Assembly: GCA_018645365.1 (NCBI GenBank)
Contig: JABGOP010000006.1
Location: 1-60,731, forward strand
DNA from: Candidatus Cloacimonadota bacterium
GTDB taxonomy: Bacteria > Cloacimonadota > Cloacimonadia > Cloacimonadales > TCS61
Reading direction: 5' to 3'
DNA length: 60,731 bases
Part shown: positions 30,304-40,209 of the stretch, in pieces
Numbering within the stretch: position 1 is the stretch's first letter
Layout: each line of letters opens with the position of its first letter
The notes under the pieces: model-generated
What the model saw: the letters and a program-made list of their open reading frames with translations, nothing else
The model's database searches: none
Told to the model about the DNA's origin: nothing
Made by a program: the position numbers and the translations under genes

Positions 30304-31140
30304 TTAATAGTGGTAGATTGGTCGGATATTTTCCGCCTGAAAGCCTTTATCTTTGTGATGGGTAATTTCAAATTCAAATATTTGCTCACGATTTGGCAGG
30401 TTAAAAATATCGAAATCTTTTGGGAATTGGAATGAATGAGCGAACGCAGTTTCATACGGAGAATCGGTTTTACGCGAATCTGTAATCCACAAACCGCCAC
30501 TTACATCTTTCATAAAACGCATGAAACCAAACCTTTTTTTGCTATCTTTTTCGTGCCGAAAATTGTAGCAAACACCACGCACAAGCTGTTTTCCACTTTC
30601 ATTGTGTTTATTGTAGATATCGATAGGGAGTAGGCTTGGCACCAAATAACCAGAGGTGAAAACATCGGCTTCATTTCTCAAATCTTTTGCCACATTTTTG
30701 AAGGCGAGGGTTTCCACTCTGCAACCTTTGCTTTGAAGAGCACGGATAACTTGCACGAAATCTCCATCACCAGTTACCATTAAAACATAATCGAGTCGTT
30801 CAGATTGCATCAATGCATCGACAGCCATATCTAAATCGGCATTTGATTTTCCATATTTATTGCCCTGTTCGTCCACAAACCATTTCACAATTTTCACGAT
30901 AACTTTGAAACCGAAATCACGCAAAATGGAATGGAAATTTTTTGATTTTTCGGCGTATTCAGGGTTGCGTTTCGCCAGCTCTTCATCGAAGGCGACATAG
31001 GCATTTAAGCGGATAGCAACGCCATTATTTCGGCACGCAAACTCGCGTAAAACATCGTACTGCATTCCGAATCCGCCATTTTGGGCGATGTTGGAAACAT
31101 CTACATAAACTCCAACTTTCATCAATTCACTTTTGTTCAT
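30304..31140 (-). CDS. NYN/LabA (PIN-like) domain protein with C-terminal OB/cold-shock-like domain
   Basis: VYVDVSN, ADLDMAVD, TGDGDF; C-terminal FGF...FAH...KGFQAENI. Confidence 0.85.
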   Translation of the reverse strand: MNKSELMKVGVYVDVSNIAQNGGFGMQYDVLREFACRNNGVAIRLNAYVAFDEELAKRNPEYAEKSKNFHSILRDFGFKVIVKIVKWFVDEQGNKYGKSNADLDMAVDALMQSERLDYVLMVTGDGDFVQVIRALQSKGCRVETLAFKNVAKDLRNEADVFTSGYLVPSLLPIDIYNKHNESGKQLVRGVCYNFRHEKDSKKRFGFMRFMKDVSGGLWITDSRKTDSPYETAFAHSFQFPKDFDIFNLPNREQIFEFEITHHKDKGFQAENIRPIYHY

Positions 31141-31164
31141 TTTTATCTCCATTTTCTTAAAAAA

Positions 31165-32760
31165 TCATATCTTTGTTTCTAATCCAAAATGGATAATTCC
31201 GTCAAGAGGATTTTTGAATTTATTAAAATAATTTAATCCGTAATCAATTTTAAAAATTCCTAAACGCGTTTTTAAGCGTAAACCGATGCCAAATCCAAAA
31301 AGTTTACCGAAAATTTCATTTTCATTTTTTTGTGCATAACCGTAATCACAAAAGAGGAAAAAACGTGAATTTTGTTCAAAAAGATAGCGTAATTCAGTGT
31401 TTAACCAACCAATTTGAGAACCTGAAAATTCGTCTTCTCCAAAACCGCGTAAATTTTTGTTTCCACCGAGACGGAAGAATTCATATTCATCAAGATTTTT
31501 TGATAATTTTACGTTAAATCCAGAAAAAATAACCCATTTTGTTTTTGGTGAAAAAAAATTTTCTAAATTTATAGTAGCAGATTGACTTGAGTTTTCGGTA
31601 CCGTAAAAATATTTTAAAAAGGCAGTATAACCTCGCTTGGAATTTTGCGAATTATCAGTTGTGTTTTTTGTTAAAAATCCGCCCCATTTTTGGTATATTT
31701 TATTTGTTTCATAGATATTGTTTTGCAAAAATGAAACGCCATATTTTTCAGTAAAATTATAGTAATAAATGTTACTTTCGAATTGTGTTTCAATGTTGCC
31801 ATTTTCATCTTTTCGCGAAAGGTAAAAATCGCCATTTACAGGTAAACTAGAGAGCCCAGATTCGTGGTAAAAAAGCTCTAATTTTTCGTTGATTTTTGTT
31901 TGTTTTTGCCATAAAATTGAGAGCGAACGGTCAGTTCCGTTGATGTTCAAAAAATCAATGTTTACGACTCCGTTCAAGTTGTCCTTTTCATAACCGAAAA
32001 TGCCGGAGATGTAGTTCATTTGGTCTTCTTCAACTTGTATCAATAGAGTGTTTGCATTTATTGGGAAAATATTGCAATCGCGAATATATTGTTTTTTGCG
32101 GATGTTTTTGGCAACTAAATCTAATGTTTTTGGTGAAATACCTTTATTGTTTATTAGTTGTGAGATTTTTAATAAAGTTTCATTTTTTGTGACTTTATTT
32201 CCACAAAATTTATATTCGGAAAATTGGCAAAAATCACCTTCATCAATGTTAATGAAAACATCGAGAGAATCATTTTTTATAACCAAGCTATCGAGTGAAA
32301 TTGATGCAAAAAGAAAACCATTTTCAAGGTAAAAATTAGCAATATTTTGAATGGTGTTTTGAATCTCGGCAATGTCATTCTGTGGTTTATAAATCAGGTT
32401 TTGTAACTTGCGAGTAGAGATGTAGTTGTTATTTTGGAATTTAAATTTTCTAATCGCAAGATTATTTTGTTCCTCAATTTTGAAAAGAATATCCACTTTT
32501 CCATTTGGTTTTGGAAAAATTTCTGGCTCGAAAAATCGGCAATAATAAAGATTATTTTCTTCATAATAATTGGCAATATTTTCCAAGTCGTTATTAATTA
32601 TTTTTTGGTCATAAATATCTCCATTTTGCGAAAAGATAATGTTGCTTAATTCATTATTATTAAGGAAATTATTGCCTTCGAAAATTATTTTTCCAATGGT
32701 GATTTCGCCAAAACAAAAGATGGGTAAAATTATGAAAAGTAGGAAAAATTTAGTGCGCAT
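31165..32760 (-). CDS. Omp85/BamA-TamA family outer-membrane protein with POTRA domains
   Basis: I.FEGN POTRA starts, YLENGF, loop-6 LRGF motif, FGIGLR...IDYG tail. Confidence 0.82.
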   Translation of the reverse strand: MRTKFFLLFIILPIFCFGEITIGKIIFEGNNFLNNNELSNIIFSQNGDIYDQKIINNDLENIANYYEENNLYYCRFFEPEIFPKPNGKVDILFKIEEQNNLAIRKFKFQNNNYISTRKLQNLIYKPQNDIAEIQNTIQNIANFYLENGFLFASISLDSLVIKNDSLDVFINIDEGDFCQFSEYKFCGNKVTKNETLLKISQLINNKGISPKTLDLVAKNIRKKQYIRDCNIFPINANTLLIQVEEDQMNYISGIFGYEKDNLNGVVNIDFLNINGTDRSLSILWQKQTKINEKLELFYHESGLSSLPVNGDFYLSRKDENGNIETQFESNIYYYNFTEKYGVSFLQNNIYETNKIYQKWGGFLTKNTTDNSQNSKRGYTAFLKYFYGTENSSQSATINLENFFSPKTKWVIFSGFNVKLSKNLDEYEFFRLGGNKNLRGFGEDEFSGSQIGWLNTELRYLFEQNSRFFLFCDYGYAQKNENEIFGKLFGFGIGLRLKTRLGIFKIDYGLNYFNKFKNPLDGIIHFGLETKI

Positions 32761-33793
32761 TTTTTTCGATAAGATGGATTAATTCTTCAATTAATTTGTC
32801 TTCGGTTACTTTTTTCACAATTTTTCCATTTTGGAAAATGAGACCTTCGCCATTACCACCAGCAATGCCGAAATCTGCCTCGCGTGCTTCACCGGGTCCA
32901 TTTACGATGCAACCCATTACCGCAATTTTAAGGTCAAGATGAGCATATTTTTGTAGCTGTTCTTCAACCTCTTTTGCGATATTTATCAAATTGATTTCGG
33001 TGCGTCCGCAAGTTGGGCAAGAGATTATTTTCAAACCTTTACGCAAGTCGAGTGCTTTCAAAATTTCTTTCGCAACCAATATTTCTTTTACTGGATTTGC
33101 AGTCAAAGAAACACGAATTGTATCACCGATTCCTTCTTCCAAAAGAGTGCCGATTCCAATTGCAGATTTTATGGTACCGCCAAATTCAGTACCAGCTTCT
33201 GTAATGCCAAGATGAAGCGGATAATCAACTTTTTGGGCAAGCAAGCGGTAGCTTTTTAAGGTGAGTGGAACGGAAGATGCTTTTACAGAAATTTTAATTT
33301 CTTCGTAATTTGCTTTTTCTAAAATGGCGACATGCTCGAGTGCACTTTCCACGAGTGCTTCCGCTGAAATACCGTATTTAGCAATTTTCTCTTTTGAAAG
33401 TGAACCACTGTTCACGCCAATTCTAATCGGTATTTTTCGTTCTTTTGCAGCATTTACGATTTTCAAAACATTTTGCATTGAACCGATATTATCAGGATTT
33501 AAACGCAAACCGTCCGTACCAGCTTTAATGGCTTCAAGTGCAAGTTTGTAATCGAAATGAATGTCAGCAACGATAGGTAAATTAGTTTGTGCTTTTATCT
33601 TCGCGATTGCCTGTGCAGCATCGAAATTATTTGCTGTTACACGCACAATTTCACATCCAGCTTTTGTAAGCTCATGGATTTGTCGAACGGTTTTAACTAC
33701 ATTTTCAGTGTGAGTATTCGTCATTGATTGAATCGAAATAGGATTGCCACCGCCGACTAAAATGTTACCAATTTTAATAGTTTTTTTACTCAT
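32750..33793 (-). CDS. ispG: (E)-4-hydroxy-3-methylbut-2-enyl-diphosphate synthase
   Basis: IQSMTNT, ADIHF, RIGVNSGSL, SCPTCGR, MGCIVNGPGEA. Confidence 0.97.
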   Translation of the reverse strand: MSKKTIKIGNILVGGGNPISIQSMTNTHTENVVKTVRQIHELTKAGCEIVRVTANNFDAAQAIAKIKAQTNLPIVADIHFDYKLALEAIKAGTDGLRLNPDNIGSMQNVLKIVNAAKERKIPIRIGVNSGSLSKEKIAKYGISAEALVESALEHVAILEKANYEEIKISVKASSVPLTLKSYRLLAQKVDYPLHLGITEAGTEFGGTIKSAIGIGTLLEEGIGDTIRVSLTANPVKEILVAKEILKALDLRKGLKIISCPTCGRTEINLINIAKEVEEQLQKYAHLDLKIAVMGCIVNGPGEAREADFGIAGGNGEGLIFQNGKIVKKVTEDKLIEELIHLIEKNAH

Positions 33794-34856
33794 AAAATTT
33801 ACTCATAAATTTTTTAACATAATTGAGAAATTGTGCATTATCATTTGCATTACTGATGGAAACGCGTACATGATTTTTCAAAACTGGATGATGCCAAACA
33901 GCACGAATAGCGATGTCATTTTCAGCTAAAAAATTGTATAAATTTTCCGTTTTTTCACCAATCGTGAAAGTGAGGAAATTTGTAGCTGAAGGGTGAACTT
34001 TTAAACCATTAATTGCATTTAACTCGTTGAAGACAACTTGTTTGTTTTCAATGACTTGTTTCGTGTGGTTTAGGAAAATATCTTTGTTTTCCAAGAGCGT
34101 CAAGACGAAAGATTGTGTCATCAAATTTAAATGGAAAATGGTCATCGCTTTTTCAAGTTCGCGAATGTTTTGTGGTTGCGAAATGATGTAGCCAAAACGG
34201 AGTCCCGCAGATGAAAAAGATTTTGAAAATGAGCGTACGATAACTAAATTTGGGTATAGATTAATCTTATCTGCAAAAGTTTTTCCCGAAAATTCAAAGT
34301 AAGTTTCATCGATTAAAACAAGACCTTTAAAATTTTCTAAAATTTGCATAATTTTTTCATCAGGCAAAAGATTTCCCGTTGGGTTATTTGGATTGCACAA
34401 AACTGCCAATTTGCAGTTTTCATCATCACAAAGTTTCAAATATTCATCGACTGAAAAATCGAAATTTTCGTCTAAATATAGAAATTTCATACCTAAACCA
34501 ACCGCACCAGAATAGCTTTTGTAATCGAAATATGAGGGTGCGAGTGAAACGGCAAAAGAGTTGTTATCATTACGAACTGCATTGAAAATGGTGAAAAGCA
34601 TTTCGTCGGCGCCATTACCGAAAATAAGGTGATCGGCAGGTAATTTTGTGTATTCAGAAAGGGCATTTTTTAATTGTCCAGTAATATTGTTAAAATATCT
34701 GTTTAGTGGAACATTTTTCATTTTTTCCAAAAATTCCGTTTGAATCCTTTCGAGTGGATTCAGTGAACTTTCATTCAAGCACATCATAGTTTTTTTGTGT
34801 GGAACATCGATATTTATCGGTTTTTTTTGCTGCAAATCATCTCTAAAATAATACAC
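33786..34856 (-). CDS. hisC: Histidinol-phosphate aminotransferase family (class I/II PLP)
   Basis: GNGADE, CNPNNPTG, DETY.EF, RSFSK...GLRFGY. Confidence 0.85.
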   Translation of the reverse strand: MYYFRDDLQQKKPINIDVPHKKTMMCLNESSLNPLERIQTEFLEKMKNVPLNRYFNNITGQLKNALSEYTKLPADHLIFGNGADEMLFTIFNAVRNDNNSFAVSLAPSYFDYKSYSGAVGLGMKFLYLDENFDFSVDEYLKLCDDENCKLAVLCNPNNPTGNLLPDEKIMQILENFKGLVLIDETYFEFSGKTFADKINLYPNLVIVRSFSKSFSSAGLRFGYIISQPQNIRELEKAMTIFHLNLMTQSFVLTLLENKDIFLNHTKQVIENKQVVFNELNAINGLKVHPSATNFLTFTIGEKTENLYNFLAENDIAIRAVWHHPVLKNHVRVSISNANDNAQFLNYVKKFMSKFYE

Positions 34857-34948
34857 AAATTCTCCTTAATTTTTAATGAATTCCAAGATTTTTGTTTACA
34901 ATGTAAAAGTCAATAATGTTTTTGCATCAAAAAAGGATAGGACGAAAA

Positions 34949-35638
34949 ATGAAATATAAATTTGTGCTTTTTGATGCTGATAATACGCTATTTGATTATG
35001 ATTTAGCAGAAATGACATCTTTTCAGAAGACGCTAAATTATTTTAAAATATTAGAAAATTTTGAACAATTCTACGAAAGTTATAAGATTGTAAATCATCA
35101 AATTTGGCAAGAATTTGAAGATGGTTTAATCTCTTCAAAAAAATTGAGAGTGGAACGCTTTATTCGATTTGCAAAACAAGAAAATCTGAAAATTGACGCT
35201 GTCAAAATGAGTCAAAAATACATCGAATTTTTAGGAGAATGCACTTTTCTTTTAGATGGAGCACTTGAAATTTCGGAGTATTTGAGTGATAAATGTGAAC
35301 TTGCACTCATTACGAATGGTATTGCGGATGTGCAAAATAGGAGATTTGCTAAATCGGAATTAGCCAAATTTTATCAACATCGTTTTATCTCAGACGAAAT
35401 TGGTTTTCAAAAACCGGATAAAGGAATTTTTGAATTTGTTTTTTCAAAATTGAAATGTGTCGATAAAAAATCAGCGATAATTATCGGTGATAATCGAAAT
35501 TCAGATATAAAAGGTGGTAACGATTTCGGTATTGATACTTGTTGGTATAATATTAGAAAATGTGAAAAAAACGAGATTATTCCGACTTTTGAGATTTCAA
35601 AGTTAAGTGAATTAAAAAATATTTTGGAGGAAAAATGA
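34949..35638 (+). CDS. yjjG: YjjG-family non-canonical pyrimidine nucleotidase (HAD)
   Basis: FDADNTLFDY, ITNG, KPD..IF, IGD..SDI.GG. Confidence 0.85.
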   Translation: MKYKFVLFDADNTLFDYDLAEMTSFQKTLNYFKILENFEQFYESYKIVNHQIWQEFEDGLISSKKLRVERFIRFAKQENLKIDAVKMSQKYIEFLGECTFLLDGALEISEYLSDKCELALITNGIADVQNRRFAKSELAKFYQHRFISDEIGFQKPDKGIFEFVFSKLKCVDKKSAIIIGDNRNSDIKGGNDFGIDTCWYNIRKCEKNEIIPTFEISKLSELKNILEEK

Positions 35639-36534
35639 GATATTTAATTATTGTATTAGTGATGTTTTTGGTTTTTGGTTGTGTTGTGAAAGAGGCAGAA
35701 TTAGGTTCTGCAAAAAATCCGATAAAAATGTTTTTTGTGCCGTCAATGGAAGCAGATAAAATTATTTTAAGTGGGCAAAAAATTGCTGATTACCTTTTGC
35801 AAAAAACTGGCTATCATTTCAAAGTAGCAGTGCCAACGAGTTATGCGGCGGTCATCGAAGCAATGGGAACAAAAGAGACGGATATAGCGTGGTTAGCTAC
35901 ATTCGGCTACATTTTGGCTCACGAAAAATTTGGTGCGGAAGTAGCTTTGACGACAGTACGAAAAGGTTTGGAAAAATATCGCGGACAGTTTATTACGCAC
36001 GTTGAAAGTGGCATTGAAAAATTGGAAGATATTGCTGATAAAACGATTGCATATACAGATGCAGCCTCAACGTCTGGCTATATGTATCCATCCGCAACCT
36101 TGCAGAAAAATAATATACAACCTGCCAAATATTTTTTTGCTGGCGGCCATCCGCAAGTTGTTTTGTCAGTTTATGAAGGGACAGCTGATGTGGGTTGCAC
36201 TTATTGGTCTCCACCCGCTGAATCTGGCGAAATTAAAGATGCACGCAAACGGATTTTAGAAACTCATCCAGATGTAATTGAAAAGGTGAAAATTGTCGGA
36301 TTTACAGAATGGATTCCAAATGACACTGTAACTTTTCGTCAGAATTTTCCAACTGAGATGAAACAGCAGATTGTGGATGCTCTTTTGGAATTTGCAGCTT
36401 CTGAAAAAGGTCACGAAATTTTAGTTGAACTGCTCGATATCGATGGTTTTGTGCTGGCAGATAATGCAGATTACGATGTGGTTCGGGAAACTTTGAAACT
36501 TTTAAATATTGATGTTGATGAGAAAATAAAGTGA
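35635..36534 (+). CDS. phnD: Phosphate/phosphite/phosphonate ABC transporter substrate-binding lipoprotein
   Basis: Lipobox VFGC; SYAAVIEAM, ASTSGY.YP, GGH, IPND. Confidence 0.88.
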   Translation: MRYLIIVLVMFLVFGCVVKEAELGSAKNPIKMFFVPSMEADKIILSGQKIADYLLQKTGYHFKVAVPTSYAAVIEAMGTKETDIAWLATFGYILAHEKFGAEVALTTVRKGLEKYRGQFITHVESGIEKLEDIADKTIAYTDAASTSGYMYPSATLQKNNIQPAKYFFAGGHPQVVLSVYEGTADVGCTYWSPPAESGEIKDARKRILETHPDVIEKVKIVGFTEWIPNDTVTFRQNFPTEMKQQIVDALLEFAASEKGHEILVELLDIDGFVLADNADYDVVRETLKLLNIDVDEKIK

Positions 36535-37298
36535 AAAATATTGTAGAAATTAGGGATTTAAATAAAATTTATAAATCTGGAATTCACGCTGTTAAAGATG
36601 TAAATTTAAACATTAAAGATGGTGAATTTTTGATTTTATTAGGACTTTCTGGTTCTGGAAAGTCAACTCTTTTGCGTTGTATGAATCGATTGATAGAACC
36701 AACTTCTGGTGAAATTATCATTGATGGGGAAAATGTGATTTTAGCAAAAGGTCAAAAACTTCGTCATATTCGTAGAAAGATTGGAATGATTTTTCAGCAA
36801 TTTAATTTGATAAAAAATCTGACTGCACAAACCAATGTGTTCACTGGAAAATTAGGCTATTCAACCCTGTTTCAATCACTAGCTTTTTCACAAAATAAAG
36901 AAGGTTTGAGTAATAGCTTAAAAAATCTTGCTCGCGTTGGCTTAGCTGCATTTTCAAAAAATAAGGTGAAAAATTTGAGTGGAGGTCAGCAACAAAGAGT
37001 GGCAATTGCACGTGCTTTAATGCAGAATCCAAAGATGATTTTGGCAGATGAACCGGTTGCCAGCTTGGATCCAGCTACTGCTGATTCGGTAATGAGATAT
37101 TTGGGCGAATTGAATAAAAACGAGAATATAACGGTGGTTTGCTCGCTTCATTTCCTCAGTTTAGCACGCAAATATGGAACGCGAGTTGTGGCTCTGAAAG
37201 ATGGACGCATTGTTTTTGACGGTTTGCCAAATGAAATTGATGAGCAAAAATTTAAAGAAATTTATGGCGAAGATGCCCAAGCGGTGGAGATAAGATGA
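36531..37298 (+). CDS. phnC: Phosphonate-type ABC transporter ATP-binding protein
   Basis: GLSGSGKST, LSGGQQQRVAIARAL, ADEPVASLDP, SLH. Confidence 0.93.
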   Translation: MKNIVEIRDLNKIYKSGIHAVKDVNLNIKDGEFLILLGLSGSGKSTLLRCMNRLIEPTSGEIIIDGENVILAKGQKLRHIRRKIGMIFQQFNLIKNLTAQTNVFTGKLGYSTLFQSLAFSQNKEGLSNSLKNLARVGLAAFSKNKVKNLSGGQQQRVAIARALMQNPKMILADEPVASLDPATADSVMRYLGELNKNENITVVCSLHFLSLARKYGTRVVALKDGRIVFDGLPNEIDEQKFKEIYGEDAQAVEIR

Positions 37299-38263
37299 AA
37301 ATATTAAAATCAATTTTATTTGACATTATGTTTTGGATCTATTTTGGTGGATGTGTGAGTTATTTAACTAATGATAAAATAGATATGTTAGCCGTATTAT
37401 CTGTCGGAATTTTAGTGGCGATATCATCCAATGTGCTCGGTGTTTCCGTAGGTAGAAAAATATTCAATCCTTGTCGAAACTCGAAATTATTTTCTAAAAT
37501 ATCGAATTGGTTAATTGCGTTAATTTTGCTACTCACAATTATTGTTGGTTGGAATTTAGTTGAGGTAAATCCGTACAAATTTTTTACTAAATTCAAAAAC
37601 ACATCTGGCATTTTGAAAGGATTGTTTAACCCGAATCTAAAGATTTTAGAAATTAGTATTGCCGCCCTTGCCGAAACGATTTATTTAGCACTTTTAGCGA
37701 CGGTATTTGCCATTCCCTTTGCCTTTGTTTTCAGTTTTTTTGCGGCAAGAAATTTGATGCCAAAATCAATTTTTGGAAATATAATCTATTTTTTGACGCG
37801 TACGGTTTCCACTATTTTTAGGTCAATTGAAGCGATAGTTTGGGCGATAATTTTCAGTGTTTGGGTGGGGATAGGCCCGTTTGCTGGAATGCTCGCATTA
37901 ATGGTGCATTCAGTCGCAGCTCTCACAAAATTATATTCCGAACAGATAGAAAATATCGATGAAGGTCAGATTGAAGCAATCAAAGCAACTGGTGCAAGTA
38001 CTCTTCAAATATGGATTTATGCGGTGATTCCGCAAGTTCTTTCACCTTTTTTGGCATTCACGATTTATCGCTGGGACATTAATGTGAGAATGGCGACCAT
38101 CGTTGGATTTGTTGGTGGCGGTGGAATCGGTTTACTGCTTTTACAGCAACAACAAATGTTGCGCTGGCACAATGTTGGTTTGATAATGTGGCTCATCGCT
38201 TTGGTAGTCTGGATAATGGATATGGTAAGTGCAAAAGTTCGTGAAAAATTGAGGGATATATGA
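37295..38263 (+). CDS. phnE: Phosphonate-type ABC transporter permease
   Basis: KLYSEQIE, EAIKATGA, YRWDINVR..GFVGGGGIG. Confidence 0.92.
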   Translation: MKILKSILFDIMFWIYFGGCVSYLTNDKIDMLAVLSVGILVAISSNVLGVSVGRKIFNPCRNSKLFSKISNWLIALILLLTIIVGWNLVEVNPYKFFTKFKNTSGILKGLFNPNLKILEISIAALAETIYLALLATVFAIPFAFVFSFFAARNLMPKSIFGNIIYFLTRTVSTIFRSIEAIVWAIIFSVWVGIGPFAGMLALMVHSVAALTKLYSEQIENIDEGQIEAIKATGASTLQIWIYAVIPQVLSPFLAFTIYRWDINVRMATIVGFVGGGGIGLLLLQQQQMLRWHNVGLIMWLIALVVWIMDMVSAKVREKLRDI

Positions 38264-38916
38264 AATATAAAGCGGTGATTTTTGATTTAGATGGAACGCT
38301 CATCGATTCGATGGGGGTGTGGCTACAAGTTGATGAAGAATATCTTTCCAAACGAAATATTCCTGTCCCCGAAAATTTATTTCAGGATATTGAAGGTGGT
38401 AATAGTTTTGTGGAAGTTGCACAATACTTCAAAGATAAATTTGGTATAAAAGATTCGATAGACGAAATTGCGAAAGAGTGGACTTCGATGGTGGAAAAAC
38501 ACTATAAAAACGATGTGCCTTTGAAAAATAAAGTTCGCGAGTTTTTGCAATATTTGAAAGAAAATAAAGTAAAAATAGGTGTGGGAACAAGCAATTCAGA
38601 GTTTTTGGCAAAAACGGTTTTAGAAGCCAATGGTGTGCTCGATTATTTCGAGACGATTGTGGATGGATTCCAAATTACAAAAGGCAAGCCTAATCCTGAT
38701 ATTTTCCTGAAAGTTGCACAAGATTTGAATGTAAATCCCGCAGACTGTTTGGTTATTGAAGATGTTTTGGCGGGCGTAAAAGCTGCTAAAAAAGCTGAGA
38801 TGACGGTGTTTGCTATTTACGATGAACATGCCGAAATAGAACAAAATGAGATTAAAAAAATAGCAGATTTTTATGCGAATAATTTTGATGAAATTTTGGA
38901 AATAATTAAAAGTTAA
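38260..38916 (+). CDS. HAD family phosphatase (subfamily IA)
   Basis: FDLDGTLIDS, GKPNPDIF, VIED..G. Confidence 0.9.
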   Translation: MKYKAVIFDLDGTLIDSMGVWLQVDEEYLSKRNIPVPENLFQDIEGGNSFVEVAQYFKDKFGIKDSIDEIAKEWTSMVEKHYKNDVPLKNKVREFLQYLKENKVKIGVGTSNSEFLAKTVLEANGVLDYFETIVDGFQITKGKPNPDIFLKVAQDLNVNPADCLVIEDVLAGVKAAKKAEMTVFAIYDEHAEIEQNEIKKIADFYANNFDEILEIIKS

Positions 38917-39745
38917 TTCCCAAAAATTTCTCAATTAAATTTAAACAAACAACAAAACGATAATTTTGATCTGACCTGAAATCGGAAATCGGAGTGATTT
39001 CGACAGCGATAATTTTTGTAAGTTCATCTTTTTTTATCTCGTTTATGCGTTTAGTTATTAAATAATTTTCCAGATTTACGAGTCTTCGCGGATATTCGTT
39101 CACACTTCCGACGGCGATTTTTATTTTTTTAATCCGATTATTTTCGATAAATTTTAACCCTGCAACGGTGATTTTTGAAATTGTTAAAGAATTTCTTGCA
39201 CCGACTTTTTGGTAAAAAGTTTCAAGGTTATTTTCCGCATTTTTCGGAATAAGGATGGCTTTTACTAGCTCATTTTTTTGCAAATCAAATTCCTTGTAAC
39301 CTCGATAAAAACTATTGAAAGGTATAATTCTGGAATTATTTTTTGAGATTAATTCTAGCTTTGCATCCAAAATAAGGAGTAGCGGACTAACATCATTTGT
39401 GGGTGAGCCATTCACGATATTTCCGCCGATAGTTGCTAAATTTTGGATGATAGGTGATGCGAAAAACTTTAGCGAGTTCTGAAAAAATGGTAGGTGTTTT
39501 GCTAAATAATCAGAATGTAGAATATCTGAGAAAGTGGCAGTCGAGCCTATCGAAATATGTCCATTGATTTCCGTGATATTTCGCAAAACATTCAAGTGGC
39601 TTATGTAGAAGATGTTAACGTTTTTGGGGATATTTTTTGTTTGGAGATTGATGTCTGTTCCGCCTGCTAAAAAATAGTTGGTTGCATTTGAATTCTCGAG
39701 TAATTCAAATAAGTTTTTCAAGTTATTGGGTCGGTAAAAAATCAT
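38906..39745 (-). CDS. Xanthine dehydrogenase family FAD-binding subunit
   Basis: LAGGTD, NLATIGGNI.NGSP, PISDFRS. Confidence 0.9.
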   Translation of the reverse strand: MIFYRPNNLKNLFELLENSNATNYFLAGGTDINLQTKNIPKNVNIFYISHLNVLRNITEINGHISIGSTATFSDILHSDYLAKHLPFFQNSLKFFASPIIQNLATIGGNIVNGSPTNDVSPLLLILDAKLELISKNNSRIIPFNSFYRGYKEFDLQKNELVKAILIPKNAENNLETFYQKVGARNSLTISKITVAGLKFIENNRIKKIKIAVGSVNEYPRRLVNLENYLITKRINEIKKDELTKIIAVEITPISDFRSDQNYRFVVCLNLIEKFLGINF

Positions 39746-40209
39746 GATAAATCCAATTTTTCACACGCCATTAGAACAGAATCGAATATTTTTTGATAGC
39801 CAGTGCAGCGACAAATATTTCCCGAAAGAGCAATTTTAATTTTTTCTAAGTTTGGCTCACCATCAGTTTTGAGATAATGATAAGAAGAGACGAGAAATCC
39901 TGGAAAGCAGAATCCACATTGGACTGCGTTCGTTTCATCAAAACAGTCTATGAGTAGTGTACCGATTTTTGTTTTAGCTATTCCTTCTGCGGTAAGAATT
40001 ACGCCATTTTCAGCGTGAATAAGATTGGCAATGCAACTTGCGACAGGTTTGTCGTTTAAGAGAATAGTACAAGCTCCACACTCACCTTCGCCACAACCTT
40101 CTTTTGTTCCTAAAAGCTGGAAATGTTCGCGCAAAACATCGATCAAACGCGTCATTGGATTTGCGTCAATTTCTACTTCGTTTTTGTTAAGAATAAATTT
40201 AATTTTCAT
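39742..40209 (-). CDS. Xanthine dehydrogenase family 2x[2Fe-2S] subunit
   Basis: GCGEGECGACT, QCGFC, GNICRCTGY. Confidence 0.94.
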   Translation of the reverse strand: MKIKFILNKNEVEIDANPMTRLIDVLREHFQLLGTKEGCGEGECGACTILLNDKPVASCIANLIHAENGVILTAEGIAKTKIGTLLIDCFDETNAVQCGFCFPGFLVSSYHYLKTDGEPNLEKIKIALSGNICRCTGYQKIFDSVLMACEKLDLS

